NCBI GenBank assembly: GCA_000708835.1 | Contig: DF237670.1 | Span: forward strand, 1 to 40,597 | From: Klebsormidium nitens | Lineage: Eukaryota > Plantae > Klebsormidiophyceae | Length of the DNA: 40,597 nt | Reading direction: 5' to 3' | Shown: positions 21,201 to 37,900 of the stretch, piece after piece | Numbering within the stretch: position 1 is the stretch's first letter | Layout: each line of letters opens with the position of its first letter | Notes under the pieces: generated by a model | What the model saw: only the letters and a program-made list of their open reading frames with translations | What the model was told of the DNA's origin: nothing | Databases searched by the model: none | Position numbers and translations under genes: made by a program

Positions 21201-24200
21201 TGATTGAGCATATAACACGGCATTTTAAGGCAGTTTTTCCATGTCACCAAGCGACCGCCTACTCATGGAACAAAAGAGGACCCCTGTGCATCACTGTATG
21301 TTGCAAGACATCGTCGTCTGCATTGCGAAGTGCTTGATCACAGAAACAAACGACAGGCAGCAAAAGTCACTGCGAGCCTGCTAATACAATCTCAGACTAT
21401 CAAGGTTGGACAATTTTAAAAGCCCGTGAAATCGACTCAAAGGTCCTCGCCTCCTGAGGTCGCCGCCACAGCCGAGCACAGCTAAGCCAGCGTTCTTGAC
21501 TCCTTATTCGCAAGCTCTGCTCTGGAAGAATCCAACAGTGTCGCAATTGACGAGGGACGCATTCGCTTACGGAGAACCGCATACAAGAAACGCACACTCT
21601 CCAGCAAATGTATGAAATGATATGATCTTGTAGGCCTACCTGCGTGCCTCAGAGCCCAGAATCTGTTCCCGAGGGATCCACCCATCCTTATTCATGAGGT
21701 CTAGCCAGTGTGCCATCACGTCCAATGTCAAGCGGCGGTCCCATCGGCTGCAAAAGACAGAGTTTAAGCGGTCTCAGAAGTGAGATTGTACGCCTTCTGA
21801 TGTGTTCTTCAATCGGCGCTTCATGAGGCGGGCCGCGGCCACGAAAAGAAGAGTGGTGTTGTTGCGTGAAAAGGTCATTGAGAGTGAAGTATATTGGGCG
21901 CCATCTGAAGCTCTTACTTCGGACACGCTGCAGATCTTGATAACAAGCCGACTAGAGAGACTTCTACGCTTCAACTACGTTCTAAACAACAAAGCAGACG
22001 ACCTTCTACGAGTGGGAGGTCTCAAAACGTCGCGTCTCCGTGTGGACTCTGATACCGGCCTGCCGTATCGGAAACTTTGAACGATCCTGTGCTTGTTTTG
22101 CCCAAGCAAAAGCACAGTTGTCATGACCCCAGAGCACTCTCGAAACATGCAACCATAAAAACTGCTTCCAGAACCGAAGGATGTACGTAACGCCTGAGTC
22201 CTCGAGGCGCCCACCCGATGAGCAGCTGGTGGAAGCCTTCGTCCCAAAGGAAGCCCCGGGGAAAGAAGGAGCGGCTCGGGGTGGCCGTGAAGAGCGCCGC
22301 CGGCCAGTACTTGTAGTACGGCACTTTTAGACGTTCCTGCAAAAGTCAGAAGTGGATATTTGAAAATCTTTTACCTTACTTGTGATTGGGTGAAAAAGCC
22401 GGCCACATCGGCAAGCGGGCTTGGCGTCAAGCCTTTTCTTCTTGTTTGTGGCGCCCGCATCTGAAAACTGGGGTAGTGCTTGAGCTTGACGATGAGCCCT
22501 GATCATCAACCTTAGCAAAGCCACTTAGCAATCGTCTGCCTTCCATTTGATGAGCAAAACAACAGCCAATCATGAAATCTAGTGCACTCCACTGCAGTGG
22601 TTCGTTCCGAACAAAGAAAGAGCCGTACGCTCACTTTTAGGGCGTCCGAAATTGCGATCCTGGACCGCCCGTAGAAGTAGCCCATGCCCCCAAGCATGTT
22701 GCTCAACGCGTGCTTGGCGACCTCGATGTCGCCTTCTGAGGCGCCCTGCAAGAAGGTGGTCGCCATACTGTGAACAGTGTACACAATTGCCTCCCAAAGT
22801 GTGGGCGTGAGGGTGGGCCCCCAACGATTATTGCTTTGCTGACGTACCGGCAAGTACAGTCCACTTGATCGGTCGCCGAGAATCTGGCACCATGGAGTTG
22901 TGTAGGGCATCTGTTAAGGTCGGGCCCGAGTCAGTAAGTCGCCGGCTGGGCTGAGGGAACTTGGTAATGAGAGAGAGGGGATTGGCCCACGTACGATTGA
23001 GGTAACAACAGCTTCCGAGAAAAGCCCGTGGCGCGAAAGATCGGCACAGGAGAGGACAAATCCGAACGTGTTTTGCAAAGTGAATGGAGGACGAGAGAAA
23101 GCCCAAGCTAGAGAGGGCTTCCGGGAATGTGCATCCAAAGTGCCCACTTTCACGTAACCTTTATCAAGTGGTCTTGGATCTCGGATCGAATTGCTGACAT
23201 CAATAAAAGACAGGGAGCGACAAGAGAGAACCTGCAGAAAAACCCAGCAGAAAGAATAAGACCGACACCAAGCGCTGCCAAGCTCGGCATAAGACAGTCG
23301 ACACGTGGAGAAGAGGCAGACAGCAAAGATCAGGAATAAACTCACGTTCTCTCGCAAACGGAACGTTTCTTCGAACCGCTCGTCGAACGCCGCTTCCGCT
23401 TTCTGCAGCCGCTTCGTCAGCCGTTTCTTCCCCGGGATGGATGCGGCTTCCGTTTCCGTTCCGCCGCCTCCGGGAGACGTGAAGAAGAAGTCGACCTCCA
23501 GCGGAACAGTACCCGTGACTTGGAACACCGCCATGTTGGAGCCCGGCTCGATGACGTCATCTAGGATCATCTTGTTCTGGCTGATCACCTGGCCCGAAAA
23601 CAGACAAAGCTGAGGGATATACTGTAGGGATCTGACGTGCAGCATCTTTGACCAAGCCTTTCATTTTAAGGACCCCAGTACCGAGGGGTCACGTAACCTG
23701 CCAGGACTTTCGCAATTTCACCTCTGGCTCTGCATGACTTTGCCAATGATGCGATCTCAAGGTCCGTTTGTTTCTCAATGGGTCCACGTGACGTCCTTAG
23801 CATCGTTGTTTGGTCATTCCCGTGCCATAGGGAAAAATCATACGTTTTCGAAGAAGGAATCAGTCAATTGCAGTGCACGCAAACAACACCTCAATAAATT
23901 CAAGGACTCTGGTAAGTGAGTACAAGACAACAATTCAAGCATATTAATCCACCCATGTCAAAGAACCTACCAAGCGTCTGAGGAAAAAACAGCCTGCCAA
24001 TGGCTGTTCGACAGCCTCCATTAAGAGTCGACGCACGTCACTAAGGTCGCTACTCAAAAAAGCGGATTAAGTCTCCCAGTTCTTGCCACAATAGTCGGTC
24101 AAGGATTCTGTTAAAGCCTATTTCGCAGAAGCTAGGTAAAGAAAGATTGTCAGAATGACCCTGCAAGCCAAGGTCACTTTATCATCCGCAGTCGTTCAAT

Positions 24201-27017
24201 GACGCAAAAAAGAAAGAGCATGAGGGAAAAGCTGGGCGATACAACAGGGAGCCACCCCCGTTTCGGACACAAAACCAGGGCGGTGACTTGTGATTGGCCG
24301 GCTGGAAAACCGCAGACCTCGAGCTCACCTGTTTTCCCACGTTGTCTCTTACGATCTTCGTCAGATCGTCTTCCGGTTTCGCCCTCGCCCCGTGAAAATG
24401 CACTTCCCCATTCGTGTTTTGCCGCGTCCGAAACTCCCAGCGCCCCAGCTGCGCGTGCTTTCCGCTCGCGAAAGGTCGGTCGTGCGATGAAAAGTCGGGG
24501 GAAATTTCGAGGGGAGCTGGCAGCAAGATGCAACGGGGTTCAAGAGCAGTCATCGTGAAAACATTTCAGCGGACGCCCGAGTTCTCCAAAGTCTAGCTTT
24601 GTTGTCGCCGCAAAACTTTAACGTGCTTGATCGACGCAGCAACAGGAGTTCGAAACTTTCAATCCGTGTGTCACCATTGACACGTGGGGTGCTCGCCCAA
24701 GATTGCCAGGTCAAAACGAAAGCGAATCGCTGTGGGCAACGCCATAAGAATGTCTGATTTGGTCGAAGCGGTTCTGTACATCGGTCATGATAAGCGGTCT
24801 CGCGAGCTGAATTGACCATAAGCATGCGGCAGTTGATTCGACCGCGCCAAAATGTGAAAAAGTTGCGACCAAGCTTGTTTATCACGATGGCCGAATGTAT
24901 GTGGCAAACGCGGGGACCTACCTCTAGTCTGTATTGTACTTCATAGATTTGAAGCAACTGCTCTTTTCTGGACGAGCTTTGCTTACCTTAATTTGAACCC
25001 CTTTCTTCTTGCCCAATGGTTTCGTTTGCCCGGAGGAGTGTCGGACCGGGACGCCAACCAACCGTCTAGCGAAACTGTCTAGCAAAAACTGACGCAAATG
25101 CATCTTTTGGCTTGTCTACACAGACGAATACCAGGAAATCGATCTGAGCAGACACTGGGGGAAAGACGGGCGAACAGCTGGGATAGCAAGTTTGTCGGCT
25201 CATACCTTCTGTTTCGTCCATTATGTAGAATAAGAACGACCCTTGATTGAAATGCGACTGCTCTCCCCGGATGTCAATGTAGTCCTTGTTCCGATCATAA
25301 GTCACTCGGACGGCCCACTCGCCAAAGGCACCGCGGTCTTCTGGATCCTTCATGAATGACGTCGTGATGAGGTAGCCCTCGTCTAGCAGCTCCTGTCAGA
25401 AGAAAAAGGGCATGTCTGATGGTCATTTTGGTTTTTCAATAACCGTTTTTCTGTAATTTCGTTTGCGCCCTCCCTCTGACTACTCTCCTTACAGCCTGTC
25501 CCGTTTTCCAAGTAGCCACGGTCAAATCACCAACCCCATTTTCTCTTTGCTTATGGAGATTCGTTATATTGGTTTGCAGGTCACGTCCAAGCCGCATTCT
25601 TTGCTCCTCTTCTTGTCTCTCTTTATGGACTTTGTTGAGAATCTACTTTCCAGTGTAGCCTGATCAGGATGCCAAAACAACTTCGCATCAATCTTGCTCT
25701 CACAAGCTACCTTGACACCAAGAACCACCGATTGAATTTTTGACCAGACTCCCACAAGTCTATTCCAGTCATTGACTCCAAAGCCTACTCAAAGAGCCCT
25801 CGACTTCGTTTTCAGATTATTCTTTTGAGATCTTGGGGATGGGCAGACCAGGACAACATCAAATAATGTGTCAAAGCTCAAGAAGGGGGCAGACCAGAGC
25901 GCAGGGCATACCTGGCGACCAAATCTCACACCGTCATGGCGGAGCCAGCCGTAACCTGACATCTCGTCAGAGTCTTCGCATTCGTGCCGGGTCCGGTACA
26001 TCTGTTTCGAGATCCCCAACCACATCAAGCCCGCGATGATAGACTTGGGAACCCTGCAGAATTGGGACTGAAATTCCTTTGCGCCACTTCTGTTATCTGA
26101 CTTATGTCATTGGCGCCACAGCCTTGAACCTGTGCGCCAGAAGCTTCAATCCAGCTTAAGGACCTGGTGAAGATCTGGTGCATGACTGAGAAAAGGAGTA
26201 AGCAAGTACTTGTACTTGAAGTGGTTTGCTTTTTGAGTCAATGCTGAGGTGCTTTCAAGGATTCGCCTTACTGGATGTAGAGAACTTTTTGTAAGACAGA
26301 TTGGTATACCAGGCGTACAGCGTCGTGATTTGACATTCCTCTGGAGACCTCAAGATTGAGACCTGTTTGGGGAAGAAAGTGAGGCAGCATGAATGCCAAG
26401 GGTGGTTACTCTGACAATCCCGCTGGTATGCATACCTATGCTTTGGCTATGACATATCATGAGGTTTCAATGACCGCCTTGCAGGTCGAAAGCTGAGTTT
26501 TGGAACAAATGCTGTCACATGCGCCAGGTGGTGGCAAGATGTCTTGGCAGCTTTGTGTTCAGAACTGATAGTCCTCAAGAAGTCGGCGCCCTTGAACAAT
26601 GAGAAGACCAGTGTCCTCAAAGGAACATACTGAAGGATGACTGTAGAATGATGGGGCCGTGCAGAGTAAGGAATGCATGCCAGATCACACTGCCGCAACT
26701 TTCCCCTTTTCCATGTGTTGAACTAACCTTGCACGAATGCCAAGATACATTCCAGGCCTGTACGTCCCCCACAACATTTCGTCCTTGTACCCCTCCTGGA
26801 AGTAGTCCAGTTCCGTAACCTTGGGAGATTGCAGCGGCGCCACCGATCGCTTCAACGCCCTCACTTCAGCATCTTCAGTAAAGAGCTGAAAACTGAAGGC
26901 TGCCATCACAGCAAGTCCAGCCACCAATGCATACTTGAGAAATCCTGTCATTGCTGAGGCGTCCGCAGTTTGCTTCTTGCGGTCCCTGGGGGGGAGGCGC
27001 TTGCTACTCTTCCCCAT
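15206..27017 (-). CDS. GCS1: Mannosyl-oligosaccharide glucosidase (alpha-glucosidase I, GH63), ~831 aa
   Basis: Exons 27017-26728, 26053-25912, 25392-25206, 24516-24329, 23588-23346, 22745-22635, 22336-22215, 21747-21640, 21071-20998, 20553-20401, 20085-20018, 19618-19478, 19242-19192, 18362-18150, 17308-17217, 16462-16353, 15718-15655, 15344-15206; phase-consistent (2496 nt). N-terminal TM segment and hallmark motifs [67 protein letters not shown] and FTGWSAL. Confidence 0.97.
16172..16344. mobile_element. MITE-like element (~173 bp) in the GCS1 intron between exons 16 and 17
   Basis: Ends GAACTCAAGAAAGA and TTCTTCTCGAGTTC are inverted repeats. The interior is the reverse complement of the 35191-35367 element, including the core (TGCTCC...ACCCACCCACCCTAAACACC). 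No convincing TSD. Confidence 0.65.
17585..18210 (-). repeat. Four tandem copies of the GCS1 exon 14 3' end plus splice donor (~165-187 bp period)
   Basis: True donor GT at 18149-18148; degenerate copies with GT at 17984, 17797 and 17627. Each follows CTG(C/A)T(C/G)ATGCGGCTG-like sequence and precedes a TGACGTCA motif. Confidence 0.9.
18290..18822 (-). repeat. Four tandem copies of the splice acceptor plus GCS1 exon 14 5' end (~127-172 bp period)
   Basis: True acceptor AG at 18364-18363; copies at 18491, 18644 and 18816, each followed by ~75 nt resembling LHLDEKSG(N/K)[15 protein letters not shown]. The two distal copies have 1-nt deletions. Confidence 0.92.
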
Positions 27018-28344
27018 GATCGTTCTGCTCGATTCGTTTTGCCAACTAGCGATGGCACAGAGTGGTGGAGAAAAAGGCTTGCGCCGATTGCAAGGAAAGT
27101 GGATCAGAGAGAGGGCCACATCGAATGCTGGTGAAGCTGATCACAAGCGCTCTGCAAGTGACTAATGGCATCACTCGAAGACCCTAGCAACTCTCAATGT
27201 GGACCTTCCATGGAACCGCTGGCAACGTCAGACTTTACTGAGAAGCGGCCCACTCCACAAACCAACGAACAACTTCCACAATTCAACACCTCGTGGCGAC
27301 CTGCCACTTCAACCATCAAAAGGACCAGAACTCCCTGCCCGCCAAACTCAATACGAATTGCATACCTATATTGAACATCTTCATGCAGTGCGCCATCACC
27401 TCTGGTTTGCCATTCGATAGCGCAGCTCGTTTATAGATTTATCTATAACGAAGCTGTCGGAATGGTCGCCGACCTTGAAATGGGAGAAGGCAAATTTTTA
27501 TCCGTCGAGACAAAATTGCTACGGAGCGGCCGTGCCGAAAATCGACAGCCTGAAGTTCGATGAGGCAAAAAAAAATTGTCGTGTAGTGCCTCCAACTCTT
27601 TATTTATCCAAACGACGACAAAAATCTCAGACGGTTGAAAAACTCATCGTACGCCTTCCATGTGGAGCCTGCCCGAATCAGATACAGCGTATTTTAGTTT
27701 CCCGGCAAAATTGTGACCGGTTGAGCGCGAAGATTGCGGCGGCAGCACGAACGCCGACGAACCTGCTCCCGGTCACGTCCGCAGTTTTCGGTGCCACATT
27801 TTGCCCCAAGAAAATGGATAAGCGGCCGGGGATTTTTGCCCACGCGCGCACAGCGGCACTGCCTCAGGCTGAGTCGACCTACTTCCAATGTGCGATCGGA
27901 CGGTCAGCGGTTGATTGGGAATATTGCAACTGCATCCGTCCGATGAGGTCAGAGAGCACCTAATGCAGTCAGCACCGTCCGATGCACCTGGTCTAAGATT
28001 ATTGTCAAACTGGACTTAGGGGGATAGGGGACAAGCCAATCTTCCACCCCTAATCTGAAAACAATCTATATATCATCTTATAAAAGGTTGTCATAAGGCT
28101 TAGCAATAATACGGTACTGTCACAATGAAGTAAAATATGCCTTGCGTTGGAGCTTGGCCCCATTGTAGACCAGCCGGGGTCAACATATTGCGTTCATATA
28201 ATATTCATATTCGGAGAAGCACATCCTATAAACGAGCTCCTAAACGGCGTCCCGCCGTTTCTCTTTTTTGATGCCAATGATGGACGAAGGAGCTCTGAGT
28301 CTAACCACCACATTGCAAGCGACTCGTATTAAGGATAAAGTTTG

Positions 28345-28512
28345 ATACCTATAAGGATCTAAGAGCTATAAGTCAAGCCCGGCGAACGGGTGGGGTTGGT
28401 ATGGTGGTTAGGGTGGGTTCGGGTGCGGAGCGCGTCACGTTTGTAGGTTAGGGTTTTTAGTTAGGTTGTTGCCCCGGGTACTTCCTTATAGGTATTGGAT
28501 CCTTATAGGTAT
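28345..28512. mobile_element. MITE-like element (168 bp) in the GCS1/NAT9 divergent promoter region
   Basis: Perfect 15-bp terminal inverted repeat ATACCTATAAGGATC / GATCCTTATAGGTAT, extending imperfectly to ~38 bp. G-rich core GGTGGTTAGGGTGGGTTCGGGTGCGGAGC. Flanked by TAAAGTTTG and TAAAGTTG, a possible TSD. Confidence 0.65.
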
Positions 28513-28794
28513 TAAAGTTGACGGTATCAGCCACTCTAATCGTGAAAACAATGCATGAGCGACACGTTATGACACTTCTCAAGAAAACCTGCCGTAACTC
28601 CACCTCCGGAAAAGGTTTGTGTCCGAACTCGGAGGCCCCCGTGTAAGTGGGCATTGCAGCTGATTGTTCAGTGAAACAAATGAAGTGCCCTCGACTCTCG
28701 AGTCTTGAAGTCGGGTCTTGCACACCACCACTTCATCTTTTGTTGCTCTGCAGGACGCATGAGGCGCAGCAACAATGATGGCGCCCAAGTCTGA

Positions 28795-32654
<3,860 letters not shown>

Positions 32655-34949
32655 CCTGAGTCTCGCAACTGCGCGGTATTGCTTAGGGCCATTTTGCGGG
32701 TATGCAATTGGTATTGCAAGGCAGTTGGCTTCCAATTGTTGTAATGTAGGACTACCAAACAGGCAGGCTTCGAGATGTGAAGCACTATGATGCCCCGTGT
32801 GAACCTCGAAAACAATAGATACACTGATAGCTGCTGCTAGTTGATTGGATTATGCGAAATGTTGCCTGCAGAATGAAATTCGAGAGTGCTGTCGTGATTG
32901 AATATTGTATGGAACTTACGCGACTCTACTCATGGTACCGTCGGTGCCTTGTGTAGAGGGTCCGGGTGACTATTGATGGGGTGCCTCATTCCATAGCACA
33001 AGCTGCTGGTACAGTTGAAGCAGCATGTCAAGTACTACCACCCTAAGAGTACGGAATCAGTCGAACTTACATCCATGTCATTGGCTGAGGGCGGCCCTAG
33101 CTAGCATATCGACGGGCTAGCTATGTCATGCCAGTATGGATCGAGTCCTAATGGAGTCGAGGCCGATGCGAAACAAGCCATGCTGTCAAAAAAATGTATT
33201 GCAACAAACAAACAATCAGGGATGTCTGCAACTTATGCACCTTATGATTGCAAGCTCTGTGTTGATGCGTCGCAGCGTATGATTACATGCCCCAGCGTTT
33301 ATGTCGTTGTGCAAATACAAGAGCAGCCGTGTGCTGCTCAGGAACCTTATGCTTCGGCACTGGATGAAGATAGGGCAAACAGGTACTGGCACCGGCGCCA
33401 TAGCGCACCCTCTGAGAGTCCCTATAACCAGCAACTTACAAAAGGTTGCAGTAGCAACCTTGCAGTCCAATTAAGATGAGCCCGCAGGTAACTAGACTGG
33501 GCTCAGAACTGTCCGGTTATATGCCTATATGCTCAACATGCAGACCATACGCTATGGGCTCGACTCAGGACCCGCCTAGAGCTCATCGAGCATGACAGCT
33601 AGCTCACCTGGCTCGCAAGCTAAGTTCTATAAATGGCGCCGCGGGCCGGATGGTCCCGGCGACGGCGGGCCTGGCTGCACGGCCGGCTTTCAGCAATGCA
33701 CTGGGCCGCGCCGCGCCACATGACGCAATCTAGCGCCGAATGTAAGGAGCTTTTTGCACTAACATGCGACCGTCAAAGATATTGCTGCATCAGTCAGTGC
33801 ACCGTCGCGTCTGGCTCGCATTCCCAGAGATGGATTGGGTTTGGCATGGGCTAGCTGCGCAGCAACGTCCGTCTGCCTTGTCATGTTGCCGATTAGATGA
33901 TCTGGGTTCGCCAGGCTGCGTGGCCGCTAACAGAGATAACCAGACTATTGAGCGCGGCGGCGGACATCGGCGTCTTCAAAAGAACAGGCGCGATCAACAT
34001 AGTCCGTCATGCCCCCATCGCCACTGAAGACCAACCGCCTACGGCAATGAAAGTGTGGGCGCGGCAACGTACAAGTGAGCGGCACGCGGCGCAGCGCATG
34101 GCCCGCCCGCCCGCACCCAACCGGGTACATCCTGAGCCTGTTCAGATTTTTCTGCGGAAGCCGACGCCAATCTACTCTTGCCAGTACAGGGAGACGACTT
34201 TGGTCTCAATCGAAGGTACAATTGAAAGATCGCCTCGAGGCAGATGGTCCGGTTCAATATCGACCACCAGTTAACTTCGCCTCTCTTCGATCGCGCACTA
34301 CGTCGTTTCCAGACAGTATCACACTTCTGAAACTGTGCATGGGGTTACGTGATCAACGGCCCGATGCACAACACGCGTCAAATTCATATGGGGCAACATT
34401 ATTGGCCCGTTAATTCCAAGCAAATGCTTCTCACCTACAAACTATACAGTGATATGTCCGCTCATTACTGATGCTGACTCTCGACATCCTATCACCTTTG
34501 ATGGAACAATCGTGTTTGCCGAAACTGAACTCACAGGGGATTTTTACATGAAGATAATCGTCAACTTAAAGGCCCTTTTCACTTGGTACACTGGGCCAGC
34601 TACTACTCAAAAACGTCCTGCTGGACACTTGGAGAAGTAGAGTTTTACCGCGGATTCGCTGGTCTTTCGACCGCTTTGAAGCCGCAATCAGACTCCAACC
34701 GCTGGTCAACTCTGTCGACGACAAAACTTTGCTCTGACATCAATTTAGCGCCCAATCTCACACCATCGGATAGTTACTCTTCCTAGCGCTCAAAGACTCT
34801 CGAGCAACAACCAAGACAGGTAGAAAACATTGTTCAAGATATCAAAGCCACCGCACAAGTTTTTGCGCCGTGAACTCCCCTATCTAAGATTACTGATAGA
34901 GGGACATAAATTACTGCTCCCGGTTCTCAACACAGACCGAGTATAACTC

Positions 34950-37900
34950 CTAATCGGCGAGATACCCAACGAGCACAGAATACTTTTTCCCGGTTGCCAA
35001 GCTCTCGGCGGGCTGGATCCACGTGTACTTCAGGGATCCCCTCAGAGTGTAGCTGATCCACGCGGGAATCCCCGCTTGAATCCCGGCAACTAGAGCGGCG
35101 GCCACGTCCGGAGCCTCCGCTTGCTGCAGACACGAAAGGAACCGGGTACACGCTTCGGACCGATCCGAGCAGCTCTTAGAAAGGCAGATTGAACTCAAGA
35201 AAGATAATAAGCCGAGATGAAAACAAGGTAACCAAATTGAAATGGGGGAGTTAGTCTGGTGGTTAGGGTGGGTGTGGGTGCGGAGCAGGTATCTTTTTGG
35301 GTTGAATTTCCTAGTGTTAGGCGAAGCTTATTATCATCTCTGGCTTATTATCATCTTTCTTGAGAAGTATAAAGAGCAGCGCCCTTTCACGTTGCTCAGA
35401 AAAGAAGATCTGAGTCCGCGAGATTTTGGCAGTGAATGAGTGAAACGACGGGAATGTCACGCTCCGGCCACTGAGCGTTGAATGAGTCAGTGGAGCCTCT
35501 TACGTTTTCGAGTCTGCTTACCTCTGGCAAAACCGGGTCAAGGACACTTTATCAGAAACGGCGAGAAAGGGTGGGGCTTTCTTAGTGCTTACGCGTCTCC
35601 CTTGCGACGAGGAGTCACTCGACCCTCATTTGGAAGCCTCGAATCGGACAAGCACATGTACGGCACCGGAACAGAACTTGGAAATTACCTGGAGCGTCTC
35701 GCCGCTTAAAGCTGGAAGGTCTTTCTTGCAACAAATTTAATGTAGATCGAAATGCGGAGGAGCAGACGAATCGGACGGAAGCAGGACAACGAAGACCGGA
35801 ACTTACCTGGGGCGTCTTGGCGGCCTTGGAGAAGTCCGCTCTGTGCGCCATGGAAAGGCCGGATTGGCTTTTGAACCGAGATTTTGAACCACGGAAGGGG
35901 AAAACAACCGGAACGGATCCAAATGGAACTTTTCTGGCGGAGCCTTGGGAGGTTTTGAGAGAAATTTTGCCATGGGAGCGTGCGTCGTGACCCTGACCAG
36001 AGAGGAGCGAAGACAAACCGGAACGGAACCGGAACGGAACTCACCTCAGGTGTCTTGCCGGCCTTGGAGAAGTCCGCCCCGTGCGCCACGGAAACGTAGC
36101 CCGAGGCCGGATCGGCGTCCCGCACAACGACGTAAAAGCCGCCAGGAATTACGCCCGGAAAGACCTGCTTGTTTGTGGCGTCGAACAAGGGCTGCGCTGA
36201 GCCAGGCGCGAACTTGATCTTCTCCCCGAAGTACGTCGCGAGAGTGTAGGCCGCGATGGGGTTGCACGCCGTGTAAGCCGCATAAGTACACTGGGCGATC
36301 TCCGTATAGCCCTGCAGAAGACGGATATAAATTATGGGTCGTTGGATGGGCACCACGTGGCCTTGCGGGATGGAGAATATGGTGGCACGTTTACAGCAAT
36401 GGGTTTGCACGGGTTTGAGTCGCATAAGTGCACTGAGCGATCTCCGTATAGCCCTGCAGAAAAGGGACATACGCTGCTGACAAGGGGCAAAGGGGAGGCG
36501 CTGAGGAATGAAACGGTCATTGGATGGGCGCCACGTGGCCCTACGGGTGGAGAGCATGGTGCCATACTTATGCAGTTGCGAGTGCCCCCAGATGTGTCTG
36601 TAAGGAAAGAGCGCAATGGAGAGCCTTAAAAAGGCAAAGAAGGAGGCTCTTTGGCGACCAGCGAGCGGAGAGACCACGGATTCGGTCGCTCGCCACGTCC
36701 TGCAAACAGAGGGTACACGCGACGTGGCTGCTCCGCGAGTAATGCTCAGATTATCCCGGAGGAAACACCGCGGATGGGTGCTTGTTACTTTGCTTGGACC
36801 TAACCTGAGCGGAAAAACTTCCATTGGAATCAGAAAGACTTCTCCTGACGTACTCCGAACGGCTTGAAATAGGTGACAAACGAGACCGATCGGGCAAGCT
36901 CGCAAGGAGCACTTTACTCAAGTGGGAGACATTCGCTGCCCAAGCTAAACTTCGCACACCCTCTTTGCTCGTGGATTACGTGTCTTGTCCCAAACGAAAG
37001 CTCAAAACACTTGCCTCCTGCAGAGAGCTTCGGAAAACATGTGCTTTTTCAAAATGAGGGCCTCGATAAACAACGAGAGTCGGAAGAACGAGGACTTACA
37101 GAGGCGACGATGGATCCGTCCGGCAGTAGTGGTCCAACGTAGGCCTTCTTGAGAGAGAGAGGATTGCCGTTCCTGAAGAGATATTGGGTCAGCCCCCCCC
37201 CCGCCGCGGCGATCCCCTGGTACACTTGCAGCCTGTTGGGATACGAAGGGATCCCCACGTCTTCGAAAGCCTCGTCGAAGTACATCCCGAGAGAGGACAG
37301 GTTCGCGTGCGCGACGCGGCGCCAACTGGCGCCATTGACGAACGGGTAGAAGCCGTTGAACTGCCACTTAGGGCTCTTGGAATTGATCTCTGCGTAAACC
37401 TGTGCGGGGAGGGTGCGTCGGGCTGTTAATAGTGAATCGAGACCCGTTTTTAAGACCACTTGTCAAAACATGAAGGAAAGGACCCGCGGGGTTCTTGACC
37501 AGTATCAATCTTCAAATGCGTCGGGGTCAGTTCAAGAGCGCTTTTGGGCTTTGATGAAGGGACTTTTCAGTCAGTCTTTGAATTATTTCAAGATCAGTCT
37601 TCATCCGGGTCCTGAGTAACCGCGCGAGGTCAGGGTGCAACGTCACAGAGGTCTGTGTAGGTTTTGCACATCATTCTGTGAACCTTCTGTGAACATTCTG
37701 TAAACCTCTCAGGAAGTGTTCACGTGTCCCAAGTGTTTCTTTCCGAGGTTCTGAAATTTCTTTATAAAATTTACGTGGATGTGAGCCAAAGAATTGATCA
37801 AAGAACCAACTTACAACAAAGCACGTCCCAAGTTGTGAGAAGAATGTACCTTCTTCCTGTATGTTCATGTTGTGATGAGTTCCAAGTTGTGATACGAGAA

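Noticed and set aside
22215-22745. CTAAAAGTG-x-x-GTAC shared by the exon 6 donor region and the exon 7 start of GCS1
   Set aside because: The match is only ~13 nt and the protein spacing looks normal, so it cannot be distinguished from chance.
24987-25080. Apparent extra GCS1 exon with a good GTAAGC donor
   Set aside because: Exon 3 (phase 1) splices in frame directly to 24516, giving a spacing that matches plant GCS1 as I recall it. Including this segment breaks phase or needs a poor acceptor.
6399-27017. Functional clustering of a heavily N-glycosylated protein next to glucosidase I
   Set aside because: The genes are convergent with no shared promoter, and eukaryotic adjacency alone is not evidence.
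27475-27963. 162-aa ORF in the divergent promoter region
   Set aside because: No splice context or motif; likely a chance ORF.
35706-36905. 399-aa ORF in the supplied track
   Set aside because: It is Cache-gene exon 4 plus read-through into flanking introns and echo repeats, not a separate gene.
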